From: Akkermansiaceae bacterium
Lineage (GTDB): Bacteria > Verrucomicrobiota > Verrucomicrobiia > Verrucomicrobiales > Akkermansiaceae
Assembly (NCBI GenBank): GCA_051251915.1
Contig: JBPOGF010000003.1
Location: 64,001 to 128,000 of the forward strand
Direction: 5' to 3'
DNA: 64,000 bases
The position numbers and the translations under genes are program-made. Shown here in pieces: positions 38,056 through 47,452 of the stretch (within the stretch, counting starts at the first letter, position 1; every line of letters begins with the position of its first letter). Below the pieces are notes generated by a model that was not told the origin of the DNA, searched no databases, and worked only from the letters and a program-made list of their open reading frames with translations.

Positions 38056-40872
38056 TTACACATTAAATGCTTCTTCGACAAGTTGCATCTGCCCTCGCTT
38101 ATGAGAAGCTTTAGCACCAGTCGCAGGACTGGATGCGGCGCGTCTACCTGCGTAGCGGATGTGGCTGCTTAGAGCGTTCATTAGTCGTGGGGCGATAAAT
38201 GTCCAAGCGCCCATGTTCTGCGGTTCTTCCTGACACCATACGAATTTGGTAACATTTGGGAATTGGCTCACTAGTGCCTTTACCATTGCATCATTGAATG
38301 GATATAGCTGCTCGACTCTGAGGATAGCAGTGTTGGTGATTTCCTTTTCGTTTCTGTGTTGGTTGAGATCATAGAAGACCTTACCTGAACAGAATACGAT
38401 GCGCTCAACCTTGCCTGGAGCATCAAATTCTTTGATGTCTGGTAGGATTTCCTGGAAGCAAGTTCCATCGAGGAAGTCTTCTTTAGGAGAGACTGCCTCT
38501 GCTCTAGAGAGTAGACTCTTAGGGGTCATGATGATGAACGGCTTGCGGAATGCGCGTTTCTTCTGGCGTCTTAGTGCGTGGAAAATCTGTGCTGGTGTGG
38601 TGAAATTACCAACCTGCATGTTGTTTTCGGCGCAGAGCTGGAGGAATCTCTCAAGTCTGGCGCTAGAGTGCTCAGGACCCATGCCTTCGTATCCGTGAGG
38701 AAGAAGCATGACTAAGCTGGATGGTGTCTGCCACTTAGACTCAGCTGATGAGATGAACTGATCGATGATTACCTGTGCTCCGTTTGAGAAGTCACCAAAC
38801 TGAGCTTCCCACATGCAGAGCATTTCTGGGCAGCCGAGTGAGTATCCGTAATCGAATCCTAGTACAGCGAACTCGGAGAGGAGGCTGTTGTAGACACAGA
38901 ATTTGGCTTGAGTAGGGGCTAGATTTTGGAGTGGGATATGGCGGTCACGAGTCTCGCCATCATAAAATACCGCGTGTCTGTGAGAGAATGTTCCACGTCT
39001 CACATCCTGGCCAGAAAGTCTCACTGGGTGACCTTCTAATAGGAGTCCACCCCAAGCTAATGACTCAGCGAATCCCCAATCGAAGCCTTGACCTTCTTTC
39101 AGTGCTTTTTCACGGCGCGGAATGAATCTCTTTGCTAAAGTTGGGTGCATGTTGAAGCCTTCTGGGACAGTGACGAGAGTTTTGCCGATGTGGTCGAACA
39201 CCTCTTCTTTGAGACCGGTATTAACTGGTGCGTGTGAGTAAGGGGCCTGAGCCTCTGCGGTAGAACCACTGAAGACTGAGCGATCTCCTTGCTCCTGCAT
39301 GTGTAGCATTTTCTGGTAGCCCTCTTCGAGTTCGTCCCAGATATCTGAGTGGATTTTATCTACTTCCGCTTGTGTTAAGCTGCCTTCGGCTACGAGCTGT
39401 GCTTTATGAGCTTTTCCGAAAGTGTCTCTTGAATTGATATTCTTATAAATGTGTGGAGCAGTGAATGCGGCCTGATCCGTTTCATTATGACCCTGACGAC
39501 GGTAGCAATACATATCGATCACTACGTCTTTACCAAATTTCTGTCTGTATTCGAGAGCGAACATTGCTGACCAGACTAGATCTTCCGTGGATTCACCATT
39601 GACGTGGAGAATAGGAGCTTCGATCATTTTTGCTACATCTGTAGCATACGCGGATGAACGCGCATCTTCAGGCATAGTTGTGAAACCGATCTGGTTGTTG
39701 ATTACGATATGGATCGTTCCACCAGTCTGATAACCTGGGAGCTGGGAAAGGTTGAGAACCTCCGCAATGGAGCCTTGGCCTGCGAAGGCGGCGTCACCGT
39801 GGATGAGGATAGGGAGCACCTGTTTGCGGTTCGTTTTTTCTCCGTCATCACCGATAATTCTTTGTCTCGCACGCGCCTTCCCTTCTGTGACCGCATTCAC
39901 CGCTTCGAGGTGGGATGGGTTAGCAGCTAGGCTGAGTCTAACATCGCCATCTGGAAGTTGGCGGACTTTCTCGTAACCGAGGTGATACTTCACATCACCA
40001 TCACCGGCCACAATGTCTGGGACGTAGTCAGGAGTGAATTCATATAAAATGGTAGTGAGTGTCTTCTGGAGGAAATTCCTTAACACGTTAAGTCTGCCAC
40101 GGTGAGCCATACCGAGCTCTATTTCCTTCACATCGCTAGATGGACATTTTTCTAAGATGGTATTCAGGAGCACCATGGTGCCTTCGCCTCCCTCTAGGGA
40201 GAATCTCTTCTCACCGAGGAATCGCTTGCCGAGGAATGACTCAAAAAGCTCGGCTTCAAGTACATATCTAAGGTTTTTGGATTTGGTTTCTTTTGACTGA
40301 AGGTAATTATCAAATCTATTTTCGATCTTAGCGCGGATCCAGTTACGCACTTCAGTATTATGAATGTGCATGAACTCGAAGCCAGTCTTGTTTGAATAAC
40401 AAAGCTCGAGGGCATCGATCATTTCCTTAAGCGTCATTTTCTTGCCGCCTTGGAAGAACTGGGTGGATGCTTCACGAGTGAGATCTGTCTCAGATAGGCC
40501 AAACTGATCCAAGGCCAAGCGAGGGTTTCTTTCTGCTGCTTCTACCAATGGATTGATGTAAGCTTGAGTGTGACCGAGTGTTCTGTAGTTATAGACTAGG
40601 CTCACGCACTTACCTCGAAAACTAAGATTTTCCTCATTTTCTGCTGCGGTAAATGAACCGCTAGATGTGCTGTATGCTGGAGTGGCTACTGTCGCGGACT
40701 GATTGCTTGCGGCAGATTCTTCTTTTTCCTTCTTCGTCTGAGCGTTACCTAGTTCGAATCCATCAAAAAATGCAGCCCAGGTCTCGTCTACTGAGCGAGG
40801 ATCATCGCTCCATTTTTGGTAATTCTCATCGAGAAGATCAGCATTTAAGCGGGCAGAAACAGTTGATTTCAT
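38056..40872 (-). CDS. sucA: 2-oxoglutarate dehydrogenase E1
   Basis: KRFSLEG, GMAHRGRLN, DVKYHLG, HGDAAFAGQG, RGTFSHRH, WEAQFGDF, GPEHSSAR. Confidence 0.97.
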   Translation of the reverse strand: MKSTVSARLNADLLDENYQKWSDDPRSVDETWAAFFDGFELGNAQTKKEKEESAASNQSATVATPAYSTSSGSFTAAENEENLSFRGKCVSLVYNYRTLGHTQAYINPLVEAAERNPRLALDQFGLSETDLTREASTQFFQGGKKMTLKEMIDALELCYSNKTGFEFMHIHNTEVRNWIRAKIENRFDNYLQSKETKSKNLRYVLEAELFESFLGKRFLGEKRFSLEGGEGTMVLLNTILEKCPSSDVKEIELGMAHRGRLNVLRNFLQKTLTTILYEFTPDYVPDIVAGDGDVKYHLGYEKVRQLPDGDVRLSLAANPSHLEAVNAVTEGKARARQRIIGDDGEKTNRKQVLPILIHGDAAFAGQGSIAEVLNLSQLPGYQTGGTIHIVINNQIGFTTMPEDARSSAYATDVAKMIEAPILHVNGESTEDLVWSAMFALEYRQKFGKDVVIDMYCYRRQGHNETDQAAFTAPHIYKNINSRDTFGKAHKAQLVAEGSLTQAEVDKIHSDIWDELEEGYQKMLHMQEQGDRSVFSGSTAEAQAPYSHAPVNTGLKEEVFDHIGKTLVTVPEGFNMHPTLAKRFIPRREKALKEGQGFDWGFAESLAWGGLLLEGHPVRLSGQDVRRGTFSHRHAVFYDGETRDRHIPLQNLAPTQAKFCVYNSLLSEFAVLGFDYGYSLGCPEMLCMWEAQFGDFSNGAQVIIDQFISSAESKWQTPSSLVMLLPHGYEGMGPEHSSARLERFLQLCAENNMQVGNFTTPAQIFHALRRQKKRAFRKPFIIMTPKSLLSRAEAVSPKEDFLDGTCFQEILPDIKEFDAPGKVERIVFCSGKVFYDLNQHRNEKEITNTAILRVEQLYPFNDAMVKALVSQFPNVTKFVWCQEEPQNMGAWTFIAPRLMNALSSHIRYAGRRAASSPATGAKASHKRGQMQLVEEAFNV

Positions 40873-40977
40873 GGGTATGGTAATGGATAGATTAAATTTT
40901 TGACGGAATGGATCAGATTCTTCAGATTCTTTTTACGCTTTACGCATTTATTGCTTGGTTCGTAAGTAAGATGTATC

Positions 40978-41006
40978 TACTTAAGTGGCAGACGGGAAAG
41001 AGTCAA
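40978..41006 (-). promoter_or_regulatory. Putative sigma70-type promoter for sucAB
   Basis: TTGACT-N17-TAAGTA on the minus strand about 105 bp upstream of sucA. Confidence 0.35.
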
Positions 41007-41089
41007 TGACACAAGCACTTTAAATGATCATATTTTTACTATTTCCACTAAACTAAATTAACATTTCCGCAATTAGCCAAATTTCATCT

Positions 41090-42034
41090 ATGATAGATAT
41101 CCAAAATCTTACCAAAACCTACGGCAGATTCACCGCCGTAAAGGACCTTTCCTTTCAAGTAGGCGCAGGCCAAGTAGTGGGATTTCTAGGGCCAAACGGC
41201 GCGGGTAAAACCACCACTTTGAGGATGCTCACCGGCTATCTTCCTCCTACATCTGGGACCGCTTCCATTGCGGGGTATGATATTTTTAAAGATTCAGTTA
41301 AAGCTCGCCAACAGATTGGCTACATGCCGGAGAATGTTCCACTTTATGATGACATGCGTGTGCGGGAGTATCTAAAATTCCGTGCGAATCTTAAAGGCCT
41401 CAGCGGGAGAGACGCCAGAAACAACATCACCGAAACTATCGAGACCTGCGGACTCACACACATGCGCAAGCGCATGATCAAGACTCTTTCTAAAGGTTAC
41501 CGCCAGCGCGTGGGTTTAGCAGATGCTCTGCTCAATAACCCGCAACTTTTGGTTTTGGATGAGCCGACTAACGGCCTTGACCCCAATCAGATTCGCTCGA
41601 TTCGTAAGCTGATTAAGAAGCTTGGGGAGAATCATACTATTCTCGTATCTAGTCACATTCTAAGTGAGGTAGAGATGATTGCTGACCACATTGTTATCAT
41701 TGATGGTGGCCAAATACGTGCGTCGGATTCACCACAGAATCTCATTAGCGGGATGCGTGCTGCAGGTAGAATCTCACTAGAAATCTTAGGCGATTCAGCG
41801 ACAATTGCGGGTGCTCTAGAGAGGCTCAACTATGTCAAAAAGGTGACTCTTGAACAGGAAGAAAAAGTTGGCGACAAGGTATGGAACCATTTTACAATTC
41901 TCTGTGAGTCAGGAACAGACACTCGTGAGCGCATCAGCCAGCTAGCCTCACAATATGCTTGGCCGATCCGCACGCTTCACCGCAGAAAGGGAACCCTTGA
42001 AGACGTCTTCGTGGAGCTCACTAGAAAGGATTAA
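41090..42034 (+). CDS. ABC-2 type ATP-binding protein (GldA-like)
   Basis: GPNGAGKT, LSKGYRQRVG, LVLDEPT, SSH, C-terminal LEDVFVELT. Confidence 0.92.
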   Translation: MIDIQNLTKTYGRFTAVKDLSFQVGAGQVVGFLGPNGAGKTTTLRMLTGYLPPTSGTASIAGYDIFKDSVKARQQIGYMPENVPLYDDMRVREYLKFRANLKGLSGRDARNNITETIETCGLTHMRKRMIKTLSKGYRQRVGLADALLNNPQLLVLDEPTNGLDPNQIRSIRKLIKKLGENHTILVSSHILSEVEMIADHIVIIDGGQIRASDSPQNLISGMRAAGRISLEILGDSATIAGALERLNYVKKVTLEQEEKVGDKVWNHFTILCESGTDTRERISQLASQYAWPIRTLHRRKGTLEDVFVELTRKD

Positions 42035-42330
42035 GTTTTCATTGGCCATAGGGTGAGTGTTTCTTTGAAGGAAGGTAAAGTCTGTGTGCCTCAATTAGAG
42101 ATATTTTTGCACTAATTAATTCTGACCACTTGAATACAATGCGCAGATGCCTGATAAGGTTTCAAATCTCGCTTTAGAAGCACGGCTATCGATGTGGGTG
42201 CCGCTCAAGTGGCAATTGTTTACAATATTGTGAAATGAGGATTGTTGTGCGATGGTATGTATAACGCGAAAAACTATAATTTCGACCGCCACGTTAGGGA
42301 TTATCCATAAACCTAGTAAACCAAAAGATA

Positions 42331-42534
42331 ATGAATAATAAACCTGATAAGAAAGAAGATAAAGAGGACTGTGGCGAGAGCCTAGAATGCGCTCATGAAA
42401 AGCTTCACAAAAGTATCTCAAGCGCGAGTCCTGAGCTAGAAGATGAAAATGGCGAGTGCCCTTCATGTATATCTATCGAGCATGAGCTTGCAGCTAGGCC
42501 TAATGAGGTGCCTAAAGATTTGGAGCCTGAGTGA
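42331..42534 (+). CDS. Small acidic Cys/His-containing hypothetical protein
   Basis: 67-aa ATG ORF filling an intergenic gap; C-x5-C-x-H and CPSC-x4-H. Confidence 0.55.
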   Translation: MNNKPDKKEDKEDCGESLECAHEKLHKSISSASPELEDENGECPSCISIEHELAARPNEVPKDLEPE

Positions 42535-42549
42535 TATTATTTGAGTGAA

Positions 42550-44565
42550 TTAGTTGCCCTTATAATAACGTGCGTAAAATTCGTCGCATAGAGCCATTCG
42601 TTTGTCTTTAGAGAAGTAGAGCAGGCGGTAGCGCAGCATGAATTCTATCACGGTAAAGAACCTTACCCAGAACGCACCGCCTCTCCATTTTTTGGCAGAG
42701 ACGACTCCTTCGTCGGCTAGATAGATCATTTCTCCGAGGCGGCTCATGCGGTCAGACATTTCGACATCTTCCATTAATTTTTGCTCGGTGAAAACTTCAT
42801 TTTCGATAGCTGTCTTTCTATGGAAGAACTGGGTCTGATCTCCGAAGGAAACTCCCATCAGAGTAGCGCGGAATTCGTTCATAGACTCGATCAGTAACAA
42901 GCCTGGTGAGCTGTCCGCAAAGCGCTGACCGAAGACTCCGCCTACGATATTTGTGCCTCGTGAAATTGCCAGGCTCGCACGCTCCAAGGCATCGCGTTCT
43001 AGCACCACGTCTGAATGCAGCACAATCAGCCACTCACTACTTGCATGCAAGGCACCGGTTTTGATTTGGAGGCCACGGCCTTTCTCGCTGTTGAGAACCT
43101 TCACATTGTGAGAAGCAATCATGGGAAGTTCTCCACCTGCATTGACCAAGATCACTTCCTCTGGCGGTAGTGATTGATTCTCTAAGCATTTTAGCACAGC
43201 TGCTAATTCCTTTGGATCTGGATGATATACTGGGATGACTACGCTCCAGCCGGTAACCTGCTCGTTCAAGGGATTTATTTTTCTCCTTTTGAGTGAGGTC
43301 AAAAATCCACGTTGCTCGGCTAAAAAGATAAGTATGAAGGGTAACCAGAACGCCCATCTTGCCCACAGTGGTAAACCCCAATAACCGTTTTTCTCTAATT
43401 CATCCCAAACCATAAAATAAACACTACAACTGACTGAAAGTGTGAGCCAAGAGAGCCTTGGACGGATTGCTACCAGTGGTAAAACCCATGAAAGATACCA
43501 AAAGTGCACGATCGGAGATAGGAGCAGTAAGCCGCCAAATGCGATCATCAAGGAGGTCAATAAACGTCCCCGTAATTGCACCCAGAATGCTAGAATCCAA
43601 ATGAGCATATAAACGGCAGCCATGATTAGGGATGCTTGAGTGCTTGAATCTAAAAGAGCTCTTAGCAATTGATGTAATGAGCCATTAAATGCGCCACCGG
43701 AGCCGAATAAAAATATCGCGTTTAAGACGCTAGACAAATCTCCCCAATAAAAGAGTAGAGGCAAAAGCAGAGTAAGGGCCGCCGCCAACATCGCTTTCCA
43801 GCCCATACGCCATAAGATAATAGGAGCCACGACTGCTGCCATGATTTTCACTCCTACTGCCAATCCGATAGCGATTCCACAGGGAATAGCCCATTTTTTC
43901 ACCGCAGCAAGGAGAGCAAAGGTAAATGCAAAAACCATCACCACATCAAAGTGGCCTTCAGCTGCGGATGATAGCAAACTGAGAGGACTCAGGCCGTAAA
44001 ATAACGCCCACCTCAAGGGGGATTGATAGTGATTTAGCAATATCATTAGTAAAATGATCACTGCCATATCCGCTATTAAAAACACCCATTTATAGCTCAT
44101 CTCTCCATAGCCGAAACGGTTAATACCGCGAAAGACCTGCATAGCTAATGGTGGATAAGCTGTAGGTCTTTCTTTATTATTCATTTGTATCCAGAACTTA
44201 TCTCGATAGGGTTCATACTGCTCATCGTCACCTGTAGAAGCGTAGGGATTTACACCTAGTTCCGTCAGTTTTCCTTCCCATAAATAGCGGTTCACATCAT
44301 CTGAACCGGCGCTGGGAATGAGTGCCAATCTTGCTCCCATGCATACTAAAATAACCAAGGCAATTGTGGTTTTCTGGCTACGAAAATCTGGGAAGACGAA
44401 GACGGAAAGTAGTCCTAATACACCGACACCGGCAGCCAGCACAACGCGCTCAATGCCGGCGGCGGAAAATGTTGTTGCTACGGAACCATAGATCCAGCAT
44501 AGGACGATAATGGAGAGGCTAATTACACTCCAAGCTACTAGCCTATATCGATTTAAATACTTCAC
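42550..44565 (-). CDS. Fusion of a GT87/DUF2029-like membrane glycosyltransferase and a TIGR04283-like GT2 domain
   Basis: N-terminal SDDVNRYLWEG..NPY..YPP, many TMs, HFWY; C-terminal SVVIPV, GRGLQ, LHSD, FGDQ, LMEDVE, SAKKW. Confidence 0.8.
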   Translation of the reverse strand: MKYLNRYRLVAWSVISLSIIVLCWIYGSVATTFSAAGIERVVLAAGVGVLGLLSVFVFPDFRSQKTTIALVILVCMGARLALIPSAGSDDVNRYLWEGKLTELGVNPYASTGDDEQYEPYRDKFWIQMNNKERPTAYPPLAMQVFRGINRFGYGEMSYKWVFLIADMAVIILLMILLNHYQSPLRWALFYGLSPLSLLSSAAEGHFDVVMVFAFTFALLAAVKKWAIPCGIAIGLAVGVKIMAAVVAPIILWRMGWKAMLAAALTLLLPLLFYWGDLSSVLNAIFLFGSGGAFNGSLHQLLRALLDSSTQASLIMAAVYMLIWILAFWVQLRGRLLTSLMIAFGGLLLLSPIVHFWYLSWVLPLVAIRPRLSWLTLSVSCSVYFMVWDELEKNGYWGLPLWARWAFWLPFILIFLAEQRGFLTSLKRRKINPLNEQVTGWSVVIPVYHPDPKELAAVLKCLENQSLPPEEVILVNAGGELPMIASHNVKVLNSEKGRGLQIKTGALHASSEWLIVLHSDVVLERDALERASLAISRGTNIVGGVFGQRFADSSPGLLLIESMNEFRATLMGVSFGDQTQFFHRKTAIENEVFTEQKLMEDVEMSDRMSRLGEMIYLADEGVVSAKKWRGGAFWVRFFTVIEFMLRYRLLYFSKDKRMALCDEFYARYYKGN

Positions 44566-44571
44566 TATTTG

Positions 44572-46023
44572 CTAGCTTTCGACCCAACTTTTAATCCCCA
44601 TCGTGCCCAGCCCTAGTGTGTAGATTAAGAAAAACGGAGCAGCTCCGTAGATCTCCATATACACATAGGCGATAGCCGCTGAAAAGGTTAGCAAAGCTAC
44701 TCCAATTTCGATTAAGGGCATGAAAGACCGTTTTGATTTATAACGAACTTTTTCTTTTTTGTCCCCCTTCTTAGGAGTGCGTATAAATGCAGATTCGATT
44801 CCTAATAATCCTTCTAAACACGCTCTAGCATTGCTGGCGCAGACACCAAAACCGATGAGAAGAAGCATGGGTAAGCGGCGGAGAAAATGCAGCCAGCGAG
44901 TCTTGCAAATCCAGAGTTCCGCATAAAGGTAAAGTAAGCTTGGACCCATCATGGCAAAGCCCATAGGGATGAGGAACCAGATAAATACTGAAGTATCAAA
45001 TGGCATAGGATTCACCAGCGCTATAGGTAATGCTAAGACAGCCTGGAGAAACATAAAGAAGTGCAAGCCGTAGTGGGTGAGATGAAAAGTAGATTCTACT
45101 TTTTTACGCAGAGGAATGGTTGATTTCCAGATGCGTGGAAGTAGCTTCAGAGAGGTCTGAATGGAGCCCTTTGCCCAGCGGAATTGTTGGCTGCGGAAGC
45201 TGCGGAACTCACCAGGGAGCTCGGCGGGGACACAGAGATCTGGTAGGAAATGGAATTTCCATCCTCGTAGCTGCGCCCGGTAAGAAAGATCAAGATCTTC
45301 CGTCAGTGTATCTGCCTGCCAGCCACCAGCGTCATCAATGGCTTCACGGTTCCACACGCCGGCAGTTCCGTTGAAATTCAAGAAATAGTCATTATAAGAA
45401 CGTGCGGTTTGTTCGACAACAAAGTGGCCGTCAATACCGACGCTCTGTGCTTTGGTTAGAGCCGAGTCTTCTGCGTTGAGATGTGTCCAGCGGGCCTGTA
45501 CCACGGCGCATTTTTCTTGGTTTGAGAAATGTGGGATTGTCCTGCGTAAGAAATCTACTGGCGGGACAAAGTCTGCATCGAAAATGGCAATGTATGGAGC
45601 GTCGCTCAGCGTCATTCCGTAGGCTAAAGCGCCAGCCTTGAAGCCGGATCTATCATCCCTGCGAACTGTCTCGATATTCAGGCCTTGTGATTGATACTCA
45701 GTAACCACTTTGTCTACGATCTCACGGGTTTCATCATTTGAGTCATCGAGGACTTGGATCTCATGATTAGGGTAATCGATAGCAGCCACTGCACGGATGA
45801 TACGCTCAGCGACGGTTGATTCATTATAAAGTGGGATTTGGGTTAGAACTTTAGGCGCAGAGTCCTCGTCCACGGCATATGCTTTTTCAGCTTTGCTATT
45901 AGATTCTGAAAAAGTATTCTTTAGGCGCCAAAATAGGAACAACATGAAATAGTGGTGTAGCCCGTAGATAACTAGGGCTGCACTACAAATAACATACAAA
46001 CTAATTAGTATTGTGGAGAGCAT
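44572..46023 (-). CDS. Processive GT2 glycosyltransferase (cellulose-synthase-like/CslA-like)
   Basis: QIPLYNE, LDDS, GFKAGAL, FDADF, TEDLDLS, QQFRW (D,D,D,QxxRW); C-terminal TMs. Confidence 0.9.
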   Translation of the reverse strand: MLSTILISLYVICSAALVIYGLHHYFMLFLFWRLKNTFSESNSKAEKAYAVDEDSAPKVLTQIPLYNESTVAERIIRAVAAIDYPNHEIQVLDDSNDETREIVDKVVTEYQSQGLNIETVRRDDRSGFKAGALAYGMTLSDAPYIAIFDADFVPPVDFLRRTIPHFSNQEKCAVVQARWTHLNAEDSALTKAQSVGIDGHFVVEQTARSYNDYFLNFNGTAGVWNREAIDDAGGWQADTLTEDLDLSYRAQLRGWKFHFLPDLCVPAELPGEFRSFRSQQFRWAKGSIQTSLKLLPRIWKSTIPLRKKVESTFHLTHYGLHFFMFLQAVLALPIALVNPMPFDTSVFIWFLIPMGFAMMGPSLLYLYAELWICKTRWLHFLRRLPMLLLIGFGVCASNARACLEGLLGIESAFIRTPKKGDKKEKVRYKSKRSFMPLIEIGVALLTFSAAIAYVYMEIYGAAPFFLIYTLGLGTMGIKSWVES

Positions 46024-46082
46024 CTGAAGTGAGACTATCTATAAAGTATTTTTCATCAAGGCTGAGCTTGGATTGACCTCTA

Positions 46083-46817
46083 TTATTTAGCCTCATTGAG
46101 ATCCCAGTTGTAGGGAATCCAGGAAATGTCAGTTTTAGTATTCAGCTTTTTAGTGCGGAATTTATTCAAATAGATAGCAGGATTTTTAGTACCAAAGTCT
46201 TTTTCATACCATTGAAATAGCTGCGAGTATTTGGCGTTGCTGCCACTCATTACAACTGCGCGGCTGCTATTTGAAAATTGTATCGCTTGTTCATTGAGCT
46301 GCGATTCTAGATCGCCCGCGTTGAATGCTTCTGAGCGTAGTGGTGGACAACTCACACTGGCGCAATTAACTGCAAAATGGATTCTAGGATCGTGGAAATC
46401 TTTTAGTAAAACCTTCTTTTCTAATGTGTTTAGGCTGATCGTCCCATTGGGTGTTTTGATGATTTTAGCATCGAATATAGCGAACTCTTTGGCTCCCAGT
46501 TTAGTCACTGATTTCAATGGATAGTGGTCCAGCACAGTATCTAACATTGCCGCGTTATAGAGGTTGATTCTGAAGGCTGCTTGCTCTTTTTTTGCTAGTT
46601 TTGTTGAGTCCACCTTTGACCACTGCGCTAGAAGCTTATCTAGCTCTTTTTTATCAGCAGTATTGGCTGCCCATGATTTGTAATTTACGCCGTCCGCTTT
46701 AGCATATTTTTTGAGTAAGGTATTATAGTTAGAGTATGCTTGTGCACTTGCTGACAATGCTGAAATCGAAATAATACTAATTATAGCTGGTAGAGTTGGG
46801 GATTTGAATTTTCTCAT
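46083..46817 (-). CDS. DUF547 domain secreted protein
   Basis: AFRINLYNA, DPRIHFAVNCASVSCPPL, SQLFQWY..DF, YNWDLN. Confidence 0.9.
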   Translation of the reverse strand: MRKFKSPTLPAIISIISISALSASAQAYSNYNTLLKKYAKADGVNYKSWAANTADKKELDKLLAQWSKVDSTKLAKKEQAAFRINLYNAAMLDTVLDHYPLKSVTKLGAKEFAIFDAKIIKTPNGTISLNTLEKKVLLKDFHDPRIHFAVNCASVSCPPLRSEAFNAGDLESQLNEQAIQFSNSSRAVVMSGSNAKYSQLFQWYEKDFGTKNPAIYLNKFRTKKLNTKTDISWIPYNWDLNEAK

Positions 46818-46972
46818 TATGTTTTTTTTGTATCTAGAGTTAAGATGGTTCTAGTGTCTAAATATTCCTTTTTATTCTCTTGCGGAGCGAAATTTGTTAG
46901 AGGATACGATTAGGTAAACGGTTTTTAGTGTAATAGTTGTGGAGATTTTAAATTGAGTTATAATGTTGAGCG

Positions 46973-47440
46973 ATGAGAGATAAATTTATGGAGAGGGCGA
47001 TAGAGCTGGCACGGGTTGGGATGCTTGGGGGTGAGGGTGGGCCGTTTGGAGCGGTGGTGGTGAAGGATGGTGAGATAGTGGGAGAGGGGTGCAATAAGGT
47101 TCTGGCAAATCATGATCCTACGGCTCATGGGGAGGTGATGGCGATACGTGATGCTTGTGCTAACTTGGGAACGTTTTCGCTTGAGGGGTGTGAGATTTTT
47201 ACGACTGGGCAGCCTTGCCCGATGTGTCTAGGGGCAATTTATTGGGCAAGGTTGGAGAGGATTTTTTATGGCTTTGATGTGGAGGATGCGGGGCGGCTGG
47301 GGTTTGATGACAGGGCATTTTTCCGTGAATTATCTTTGCCGAGTGGGGAGAGGGCTGTTCCTGAGAGGCAGCTTGGGCGGGAGGCTGCGTTGAGTTTGGC
47401 TGAGGAGTATATGAAGTTGCCGGATCGGAAGGGTTACTAA
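46973..47440 (+). CDS. Nucleoside/guanine deaminase (cytidine deaminase fold, GuaD-like)
   Basis: GGPFGAVV, DPTAHGE, PCPMCLGAIYWA, GFDD. Confidence 0.9.
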   Translation: MRDKFMERAIELARVGMLGGEGGPFGAVVVKDGEIVGEGCNKVLANHDPTAHGEVMAIRDACANLGTFSLEGCEIFTTGQPCPMCLGAIYWARLERIFYGFDVEDAGRLGFDDRAFFRELSLPSGERAVPERQLGREAALSLAEEYMKLPDRKGY

Positions 47441-47452
47441 ATTCTGAGAGGT

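Noticed and set aside
42126..42212. ccacttga/tcaagtgg inverted repeat as a possible ncRNA
   Set aside because: Only 8 bp of perfect pairing and no SRP, 6S or tmRNA motif recognised.
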